Positions 30,703-40,800 of a stretch of 64,000 bases of DNA are shown in pieces (positions within the stretch are counted from its first letter, which is position 1; every line of letters begins with the position of its first letter). The stretch covers positions 121,376 to 185,375 of the forward strand of contig JAZNKB010000008.1 in assembly GCA_045578345.1 (NCBI GenBank). The letters are read 5' to 3'. A program made the translations under genes and the position numbers. The notes under the pieces are model-generated. The model was not told where the DNA came from, ran no database searches, and saw only the letters and a program-made list of their open reading frames with translations. The DNA is from Candidatus Onthoplasma sp. (GTDB taxonomy: Bacteria; Bacillota; Clostridia; Christensenellales; UBA1242).

Positions 30703-32124
30703 TTACTTTAATTTATATGTTGTTCCTTCTTTTGTGTCGATTAATTCAATGCCTTTTTCGGCTAGTTCATTTCTGATTTCATCTGCTTTTTGATAGTTCT
30801 TTTCTACTTTTGCTTTTTTACGTTGTTCAATCATTTTTTCAACATACGCTTTGAGTTCACCATCAATTTCAACTTCTACTTCAACTTCAGTTTTTAAATT
30901 GAACGCATCTGCTAACCCCAAATTTAAAACAGTGTCGAAATCTTTAATTAAAGCAATCTTAGTGTCGTTATTAACATCCGCTTTTAACACATCAAAAATT
31001 GTTGTTATTGCCGTTGCTGTGTTTAAATCATTCGCTAAGCATTTTTGGAACTTTTCTTTATGCTCATTAAACTTTTCCATATCAACTGGCAAGTTTTCAG
31101 CTTTTAAGTTTGTTAAACGTTTGATGAGTTTATCATATGCTGATTTTGCCATATCAAGACCTTCGTATGAGAAAACAAGTTGACGTCTATAATGAGATTG
31201 CAAACAGAAGAACTTGTAAACCATAGGTGAATAACCTTTTTCTTCAAGCAAACTTAAAGTTAAAAATTCACCTTTGCTCTTGCTCATTTTTCCGATTGTT
31301 GTGTTTAAGTGTTCTGAATGGAACCAATAATTACACCATTTATGACCAACAAAACTTTCTGTTTGAGCAATTTCATTTGTGTGATGCGGGAATTTATTGT
31401 CAACTCCACCACAGTGTATATCTAAATATTCTCCTAAGTATTTATGCGAAATTCCCGAACATTCAATATGCCAACCAGGGTAACCCTCGCCCCATGGACT
31501 ATCCCATTTAAGAGCATGGTTTTCAAATTTAGACTTGGTAAACCATAAAACAAAGTCATTTTGATTTCTTTTACCTACATCTTCTTCAACATCATCTCTT
31601 GCACCAACAACCATGTCATCACTTGTTTGATTTCCAAATTTATAATAACTATCTAGTTTTGATGTGTCAAAATAGATATTGCCATTGCTATGATAAGCAT
31701 ATCCTTTTTCAAGAAGTGTTGAAATGATTATTATATATTCATCAATACATGATGTTGCAGGAACAACAATTTCAGGCCATTTCAAATTTAATTTTTCACA
31801 ATCATTTTTGAAACAATCTGTGTAAAACTTTGCAATTTCCATAACTGTTTTATTTTCTCTTTTTGCACCCATGAGCATTTTATCTTCACCTGTGTCGCCA
31901 TCACTTTGGAGGTGTCCAACATCTGTGATGTTCATTGCTCTTGTTACATTATAACCCAAATAGTTAAGAGAACGTTCCAAAATATCTTCCATTATGTAAG
32001 TTCTCAAATTCCCAATGTGAGCAAAATGATATACTGTTGGACCACAAGTGTACATCTTAACATTTTTGCCATCGTTGGGAATAAAATCTTCCACTTCTCG
32101 GGATAATGAATTGTATAATTTCAT
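30703..32124 (-). CDS. cysS: Cysteine-tRNA ligase
   Basis: CGPTVY, HIGN, PGWHIECS, KMSKS. Confidence 0.97.
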   Translation of the reverse strand: MKLYNSLSREVEDFIPNDGKNVKMYTCGPTVYHFAHIGNLRTYIMEDILERSLNYLGYNVTRAMNITDVGHLQSDGDTGEDKMLMGAKRENKTVMEIAKFYTDCFKNDCEKLNLKWPEIVVPATSCIDEYIIIISTLLEKGYAYHSNGNIYFDTSKLDSYYKFGNQTSDDMVVGARDDVEEDVGKRNQNDFVLWFTKSKFENHALKWDSPWGEGYPGWHIECSGISHKYLGEYLDIHCGGVDNKFPHHTNEIAQTESFVGHKWCNYWFHSEHLNTTIGKMSKSKGEFLTLSLLEEKGYSPMVYKFFCLQSHYRRQLVFSYEGLDMAKSAYDKLIKRLTNLKAENLPVDMEKFNEHKEKFQKCLANDLNTATAITTIFDVLKADVNNDTKIALIKDFDTVLNLGLADAFNLKTEVEVEVEIDGELKAYVEKMIEQRKKAKVEKNYQKADEIRNELAEKGIELIDTKEGTTYKLK

Positions 32125-32195
32125 TTTTAACTCCTTTAATTTTTATATATATTATACTAATTGCCAAAAATTTGCAACTTTAAATTTAAACAATT

Positions 32196-33632
32196 TTAAC
32201 CAATTTTGCTTTCAAAGAACTTAATTAAACATTTCTTGGCAAAATCAGTGTTCACGTAAGCAAACCATTTTAATTCTGCGTTATTTATAATTTCACCATT
32301 TTCTTCTTTGTCAAAAATAATTTCAATCATATCTCCATCATAAAGTTTTGTGTATGGTGGAGATTTTGTTTTTGATCCATTTATGATTGCATATTTAAAT
32401 CCAAACCCTATTTCCTTATGGATTTTGAATGCAAAGTCTAAAACAGTGCTATTCTTTTGAATGTATCTTGTTTCTCCTGAACGTGTTTTAACTTTAATGA
32501 GTTCAACGTCTAAACTATCTAAGTTATCTTCATCCAGCATATTGCTATCATAACCATCAAGAGTTCCATTTCTTTGCATAATATAATCTGAAATACTTTC
32601 AATGTAAACATTAAATTTATTTTTGTAATTATCTTCAATTTGATAATATGGTTTTTTGGTGAAATTCCCAATTTTTGCATCAATAATTTTAATGCTACTC
32701 ATACTTTTATTAAATATGCTTAAAACTTCAGACATGACATCTGAATAATTTTTCCCCGCCTTATATAAAAGGTATATGTTATAATTGGTAACTTTTAAAA
32801 TTTGACCCTGTGAAACTTTTGAAATATTGATATTTTTAAACAGTTTCCTTAAATCGTCAAAAACTTTATATTCTTTAACATCTTTTATCTTTATTGTTGT
32901 GATTTGACTGTTTTGGAAAACCTTATTAAACCTTTCAAGCAAATACTCAATATGCTCTTTATTTGAGTTGTGATAGTCATTATATCTCCTTAAAAAATTT
33001 TGACCATCTATTCTATGTTTGATTTTAAAACATTCATTTGAAATTGCACGGAAAAAATATTCAGCATTCATTGTTTTTGCAATTGGAATAATCCATTTTT
33101 CTGTTTCTTTAACCTTTTCAAGTTGCTTGTTATAATCAAAACTTTCAATCGTTCTAAGATTATGAAGTCGGTCTGCAAACTTAATTGCAAAACCAAGCGG
33201 ATTTTTCTTACCAATTGCAATCAATTTTTTAAATGATTGTTCTTCAAGTGATGCTTTTTGGAAATTAACATCAACATAAACATCATCTTCGTCAAAAACA
33301 AATTTTGTTTTGTCGATTGCGCTAACACAATCCACCATCTCGGCAATTTTTTTGTTAAATTCGTTTGTTATTGTTTCGATGGTGCAATCACAATCTTCAA
33401 CCACATCATGCAAAAGTGCAGCACAAACAACATTTTCATCAAAATCAAGTTGAGAAAGTGTGTGAGCAACTTCAACTGGGTGAGAAATATATAATTTCCC
33501 ATCCTTTCTTCTTTGATCTTTATGCATAAGTTTTGCAAACTCATATGCTTTTTCTATCAAATGAGTTGAACTATCATTTTGAATGAAAACCTTTTTGATT
33601 TGATTAAATCTTTTATCAATCTCAGCGAACAT
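32196..33632 (-). CDS. RelA/SpoT homologue: intact HD hydrolase, degenerate synthetase, TGS; no ZFD/ACT
   Basis: RKDG..HP..LHDVVED..KFADRLHN; TGS TVLDFAFKIH. Confidence 0.88.
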   Translation of the reverse strand: MFAEIDKRFNQIKKVFIQNDSSTHLIEKAYEFAKLMHKDQRRKDGKLYISHPVEVAHTLSQLDFDENVVCAALLHDVVEDCDCTIETITNEFNKKIAEMVDCVSAIDKTKFVFDEDDVYVDVNFQKASLEEQSFKKLIAIGKKNPLGFAIKFADRLHNLRTIESFDYNKQLEKVKETEKWIIPIAKTMNAEYFFRAISNECFKIKHRIDGQNFLRRYNDYHNSNKEHIEYLLERFNKVFQNSQITTIKIKDVKEYKVFDDLRKLFKNINISKVSQGQILKVTNYNIYLLYKAGKNYSDVMSEVLSIFNKSMSSIKIIDAKIGNFTKKPYYQIEDNYKNKFNVYIESISDYIMQRNGTLDGYDSNMLDEDNLDSLDVELIKVKTRSGETRYIQKNSTVLDFAFKIHKEIGFGFKYAIINGSKTKSPPYTKLYDGDMIEIIFDKEENGEIINNAELKWFAYVNTDFAKKCLIKFFESKIG

Positions 33633-34587
33633 CAACGCCCTCCTTGATTAATTTATAAACAACATCATCTTCTCTGTTTGTTATTTTTGCAAATCTGAAA
33701 ACATTTGCTTCCAAAATTTCATTGAAATGATATTCAATTTTATTTTGCAATATTGCAAGTTTTTGATTTTCATTTAAACTTAAAGATATTTCATTTTTTT
33801 CTGCAAACAAACGTTTAAACAAATCTGCCATATCTTTAATTGCGTAATCAAGATTCACGTTTATTTTATCAAACTTCAAACAATCGTAGATTTCACCGTC
33901 TGGCTTATCAATCAACTTCTGAGACAAAATTATAAATTGCACGCAAGGATTATGTTCTCTTCCCCTTGCCATTGTGTTAACAGTCCCAACTCCGCCAATA
34001 TATTTTGTGTTTGATGGTGGATTATTGAATATCATATTACATTGGTCACCATTAAACTTATTGTATAAATCGAAGTATATGCTTTGTTTTGTTGAATTTA
34101 AATTTCCTTTATAATAATTCTTTGTTGCATGATAAATCCTGATTATTTCTTCACCAGACTGAGAAAGATTTAGGTCTCTTAAAATGTTAACCGCTTCACT
34201 TTTATCTTTCATAAATACACCATAAACCAAAACATTATTGTTTAATTCTTTTTCTTTAACAACACTAATAACACCATAATTTAATGTGTTTGAAAGATTT
34301 GTGTGCACTTCGCCTTTATATGAATTATTATTATAATAATAAACTAAATAGTTTCCAATAAATCTATCAAAACTAACTTGATTTTCGGTTTCAATTTCGG
34401 AAAACAAAAAATCATCAATGCAAATTCCAAAAGCATTTTTAAGCGCAATCAAAAATTGAATCGAAGGTTCGCTTGACTTTGTTAAATAGTTATTTATACT
34501 GGCTTGTGAAAACCCAGTTTGCTCAGCAATGTGTTTCTGAGTGTATTGACTTGCCAAAACTTTTAAATTCTTTTGAAAATTACTCAT
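33622..34587 (-). CDS. XRE-family HTH regulator fused to a predicted beta-barrel domain
   Basis: TQKHIAEQTGFSQASINNYL..EPS; strand-rich C-terminal domain; stop overlaps the RSH start. Confidence 0.8.
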   Translation of the reverse strand: MSNFQKNLKVLASQYTQKHIAEQTGFSQASINNYLTKSSEPSIQFLIALKNAFGICIDDFLFSEIETENQVSFDRFIGNYLVYYYNNNSYKGEVHTNLSNTLNYGVISVVKEKELNNNVLVYGVFMKDKSEAVNILRDLNLSQSGEEIIRIYHATKNYYKGNLNSTKQSIYFDLYNKFNGDQCNMIFNNPPSNTKYIGGVGTVNTMARGREHNPCVQFIILSQKLIDKPDGEIYDCLKFDKINVNLDYAIKDMADLFKRLFAEKNEISLSLNENQKLAILQNKIEYHFNEILEANVFRFAKITNREDDVVYKLIKEGVDVR

Positions 34588-34800
34588 GACATACTCCTTT
34601 AAACGTTCATCAAATTGTTAATTCATATAAATATTTTAATCTATAATATAGTAAAAGTCAAGACGTAAATACAAAAAAGTGAATATATTATTAAAAATCT
34701 GATAAACGTAATTCATTTTTCTGAATTTCGATTTAATAAATATGAAAATCTTTCTTCTTTCTAACAAAAAAAAGGAATGTTCGAACATTCCTTTTTTTTA

Positions 34801-37800
34801 TTAAGCACTAATTATTTTGTATAGCTTATAATCTAATCTCAAATTCATATGATTTAATGGAGTATATGTAAATTGGATTTTTTCTGGTTGTGTAAATTGA
34901 ATTGACATGCCATAATCAGAAAGACTAATTTCCTCCTGAGCACCAGTGCCATAGTTAATGTAAGCATTTAAGCTATTAGCGCTTAATATGACAACAATAT
35001 CTTCACCATCATTTCCTGACACGTGAATTGCGTGTAATTCTCTATCATTCGCAATCCTCTGAATTTCAATTGTTGCTTTAATATTATATTTTTGTTGCTT
35101 TGAAGCATCTAAAATACCATTAACCCAATCATTCTCCTCTTCCACTTCTTCCGGATTTTTACCTTGGAATTGTTCCAAAGTATTATACACTGTTTCAGAA
35201 ACATTAACAGAATAAACCTTTGGTTCAATCTTAAGAGTTTTACTAACATTTTCATCAAGAGTTATTATTTCATTACCAAATCCTAATCTATCATAAACAT
35301 TCGAGTTAAATGTAATATTATACTTTCCTTCAATGATTGTTTCGGCAGCAAGTGTGATTTCAGTTCCCGAATCACAATAAGTTCCTGAAACATATCCTGG
35401 GAAACCAACTTTATTATAAACAAGTTTTAAACTATTTTCCTTTAAGTATTGAACACCTTCAAGAGTTAAGTTAAACTTATAACGCTTAATTGGCACAACT
35501 CCCAAATTGATTGTTGTTCCACATCTAGTTATAACTTCACTTGTTATTTTGAAAGTTGTGTTTGGTGTTCCTGTTTGTGTTCCATCATTTGTTAAGTAAA
35601 CATATTGCGTTCCAAGAGTTGGATCCTCATATGTATAGAAGAAACAACCTAACCTTTCTTCATTAACTTCTTCACAAGTTAAATTGATTTCTTGACCAAC
35701 ATAAAGGTTTGCTAAACTTGTTTTTCCATTAATATAGTAATTCGCCAAAAGACCATCTGTGTTCAAAATTGCTGAAATTGTGACTTTATCAATCAAAATC
35801 AAATAATCTCCACAATCCACTTCCGGATTGTAATTAGTAATTGCTGAAATTTTACTACCAACTAAAGCAGGAGCAGTTTTTTCATTTGTTCCGTGCTTAA
35901 TTCCCGAATAAACATAGCCCGCATTTAATGAAATTTCAAAATCAACATTTCTTCCAACAATAATTGTAACATCATTCGCTTGTTCAACATTTTCTGCTTT
36001 CGCAATATTGTTTTCATACACTGTCATTGTTCCATATTCATCATCAATGAAATGTTTTAAATCGTAATCAATGAGCTGATATCTAACATTGATTTTTGAG
36101 TTATCTTTCATTTTTATAATAACATTAATCAAGATTCTTTCATAGTCATAATCAAAATTATTAACTGTATAAGCATAATTCATTATGTTGCCATCAATTG
36201 TTGCAGAAATTGTGTTATTATTAATTACAACAATAACATTGTAATCTGGATGCAATTCTAAGATTGAATACGTGAACTCATCACCAATTACCATATCTCT
36301 AGAAATTGTTGCACTGTTGTCAGTTATATAATTTGAAACTGCGCCTTGTGGAACACTAACACCATCAACAGTGTAAGCATATTCAACTTTAAGTGATGAT
36401 GGGATATACTTAATTATTAAAAGGGAATCTTCTTCAACAACGAAATTTGAAGTTTCTAAAGGTTCAACTGAGCCATTTAAATAATATTCAGCTTCAACAT
36501 ATCTCTTTGAATCAAACACTGAAGTCAGTTTGTTAATTAAGCCATCATATGTGTATGCTTTAACTTCGGTTGTTCCATTTGATGTTTTAAAGTAACCCGA
36601 TTCAATTATTGCGCTAGATGCGACTTCTATATTTTTATTATTGTTTGTTCCATTTGTTAAAGTTGTAGTTCTTGTTTTTGAATTTGTGTCATTTGCAAGT
36701 GCTTGAACTTTCATTGTGATTTCCAACAATTCTCTAACTTCAAGCATGATGTAAATTTGTCTGTTGCTAGACGGAATTATCACACCTCTTGAATAATTAT
36801 TAACCATGTAACTTAAAATGTTTGGATTTAATTTAAATTGTTTATCTGGAGCATTTTCAAGCAAGAAATCGTATTGTGTGTAGTGATTATCATTTGTTTT
36901 AGTGTAATTTGCTGGGAAGAACATTCTGCTTGAAAGCAATGCATAATTTGTTGTAACTTCTTCTTTGTTGTCACCCTCACCAACAGTTTCTGAATGTTGA
37001 TAATAGAAGAAACCAAGATCAGATTTTAAGCAAGAATCAAATTTTGCAGTAAAGCCATAACCATTGCCACTTTCAAATTTAAATGTTGCAAAATTTTCTG
37101 TTGTTTCAATTAATTCCCAAGGATCAACTCCATCGTTGGATTCATAAACTTTAATATCTAATTTAAACTCAATTGGGTCTGTTTTAATTGTTATTGTTCC
37201 CAAATCCGTAAATGTAACATTGTATGAATCAGGATTTGTTTCATAATCATTATAGAAAAACTTTCTTAACCATTCCGCATTTAAGCTTGTTTCTCCCTCT
37301 CCCTTTGACAAGATATATTTCTGACTAATTAATGCTAGATTTTCATTTCCAGCATCAACGGATTGTTTGTATCCCTCTTCATCATATTCCTGAAGAGTTC
37401 CCGCAACGACTGAATTTGCTTTATTAGTAATAATAAATGCTTTATATTCTAATGCATAACCCGCAAATGAGAAATATGAAACTTGGATTGTGTCTCCAAC
37501 AACCCTGTTTTCTAATGTGTAAGGTTCTTTTTGATAAGCTGAACTTACCAAATTTGAATACACTTCAAATTCACCAGCGTTCTTATCGTCAATTTCAAAT
37601 TTAACTTTATATACAATTTTTTCGAAAGGAACTGTTATTGTGATCTTTTCACCATTTTCATATCCAATATCAGCAACATCATCTTTACCTATGTCGAAAT
37701 TATATCCAGTTGATATGTTAAACAATGCTTTATCAACCTTTTCAGACGACTGTGTAATTTCACCAGAATATTTATAGCCAATCATTTCATCAAAACTACC

Positions 37801-40800
37801 AGTGTGCATTGCCTTAGGATCTTTACTCTGGTCTTTAACATAGAAATTTAAATTGCAGCCTTCATATAATAACAAATGGTCATTTTTAATTAATTCATCG
37901 TCAGTTAAAAGATTTGCTCCTTTTAGCCCATTATCGGCATCATAGATATAAGTACCAGTTAATGAATTAAAATCATTTTCCCAATATCCATCCACTGCTT
38001 TGTAGATAACCATCGTTCCTGGATTGTCTTTTGAAGCAATGATTACATATTCTCCGCCTCGGTCATTAATTGTATTATCAACGGTTCCTATGAGATCTAG
38101 ATGATATACCCAGTCAACAATGCTAACATGAACATAACCTCTTCTATCTATATTGCCATCAAAAAGTGTTTGAATATCCAGTTCATAATATTTTCTGAAA
38201 TAATGACTGGTAAACGACACCTCTCCTCCATTCGATCCGTCAGTGTAATACCATATATCATCATTACGAACAGCGTGTTCGTCTTCTTTAATTTCACTGG
38301 CATGTAAACTATCATCAAACATATGAGTTTTATAAACAAAAGTTTTTCCGTTGTTTGCACATCCACCATCCGTACAGTCAATTGCGTTACATGCGGTATG
38401 TTCATTATCATTTTTCCAGAAAATTAATGCATAATAATCTTTGTTGAACACAGGCATTTCACCAGTTTTTTGACCATTGGCAAGATAAATATTAAATGTT
38501 GGTGTTTCAGATGAATTCAAAGTCAAATTGTCAGTTTTTGAGCCTACGCTATAATACACTTTTCTGAATATATTAAAGTCATTATTGGAATCACCATCAA
38601 TACCTTCTTCAAATATTCCTTTCCAATTTTTCAAATCATCTATGTAAGAATCCATTAATGGATATGAAGAAGAAGAATATTTTTCAAATTGATAACCAGT
38701 ATATTTATTTGCGAATGTTAAACAAGATATATCATTCTCTGTATATGCTCCGTTTGAATCATTAAACGTATAAGAACATTCACTGGTTAATGTGTATGTG
38801 TTTGTACCTGAAGGTTTAACATCATTTAATGTAACTTTATAAATGTTATCTAGGAACACTGGAGTAACCGGCAAAGTATAAGTTCCTTTACCAATATTTC
38901 CGTCAGATGTAGTGTAACTTGTGTATTCACCATATGAAATTGAATGATAGTTCCACACCCCTGCGTTACTATAATTATTTGCAACTGAAGCTATTAAAGT
39001 ATTATTTACATCATTTTCATCATAAGCATAAGCGAACAAACTTTTTCCAGCAGGAGCAACTAGTTGAGTTGCAGAATATAGACTGTTAAATGAAGTTGTA
39101 ATAACTGTATCGATTTCACTCTTTGCCTCAATTGAAACAGCTGACCATACTGGAATTAGTGTAATGCTTTTATTCATATCATAAGCAAAGTATTCATCCG
39201 CATATTCGGCGAAATTTGCTAAAGATGCTAAATTTTCTCCAGTTCCAACCAAGGAATCGATATCAATAGGAATTCCTGTTCCTTCATCGCATCCCCATTC
39301 GCCTGCATTTTTTGTCAAGTAATGAGAAGTGTCAAGTTTTAAGTAATATCCAGAGATGTAATATCCATAATTATACAAATAATAATAATTTGAACCAGCA
39401 GAAGATATAGCACCTACATATGAAGCATCTGCAAGATTCTGTTCCCAATCTGATTGTTTCCAGAAAGATAAACCTTGTGTTCCATCTTTTGTATATTCAG
39501 AATCAAAGAATGGATATTCATAGCCTTCTGCATTTGCAATTTTGAATGTTACAGATGCTGAATCAATATCTGCATATGAACTATGATAAACACCACGTAA
39601 CTCGTTTTTAGTGGTATCATCAATTAAACCGTTATAGCCAACACTATCCCAATCTGAAGTTCCTTGAATATCTACTGTTAAATCATAAAGTTTTGACCAT
39701 TTTGCAGTTAAGAATGGATCATCTTGCACCACAACACCTTCACCTTGAAGATGAGAAATGTAATAATAATTGTGGAAAGGATTTTTTCCGGTTACTGTCA
39801 TTGTGAGAGTTACACCATCTTTACTAGCTGTTATATACCCTGTTTTATTCTCATCATTATACTTGTCATAATTAACAGCCCATCTATTATTTTCATTTAC
39901 CGCAACTTCAGCATTGAACATCCAAGAGCCAAATGTGTGATCAGCTGGTTTTTCATCATCTCCAACCTGTAAATTTGGAATTTCTGTTGAAGTGTATGTC
40001 CCATACCATTGAGATTTTACTGTGTCAAGACTTTCAATATTATTTTCATAATACAAATCTGCCCTATAAACATAGTAAGGTGTTGCATTCACTCCATAAT
40101 TCAATATCCAATTTGATTGTGCAGTGTAATTATTATCTTCCGCATTGTCCTCGTCATCAATTTCTTTTACAAAATCATTTTCGTAATTACTTGTTTTGAA
40201 AACATTTGTTCCAAGTTTCCAGAAAATCAAATTTTGATAATCACTTGCAAATCCTGGCATAACAGTGTCACCCAAACCTTCGTCATTTGTGAGATAAATG
40301 TAGAAACTGGCCTCTGACGCATCTGACAAAGTTTTTCCATCTGCACTTGGTGTTCCGCTTGTGTAATGCACATTTTTAAATATATCTGAACAATCATCAT
40401 TTGCTCTATCAGTTAAGGTTGCCCAATTAGTGATATATTCTTCTAGTTTTGCAATGTAATCATCAATTGGTTTGTTGGTTCCATCGTCCCAAGCATCATA
40501 ATCCTCAAAAGCATCTCCACCTAATATTGATGAATCTTTGAATGTGTAGCAATCTTGACTGTATATATTTTCACCAGAATAGAATTCATGACCTGTGTTT
40601 AATTGATATTTGTTTGATTCGATTGTGCAAGGGGTGTTTAAATTGATTTTATATACATTGTTTAGATACTCGGGTTCCACCTTTACAACATAACCAACAA
40701 TATCATCAACATACTCATAAATATCACTCACACCTTCAGAACAATAATTCCAGTTGCCAGACATTGCAATTTTGAATTCGTCACTTTTATAAGCAACTTG

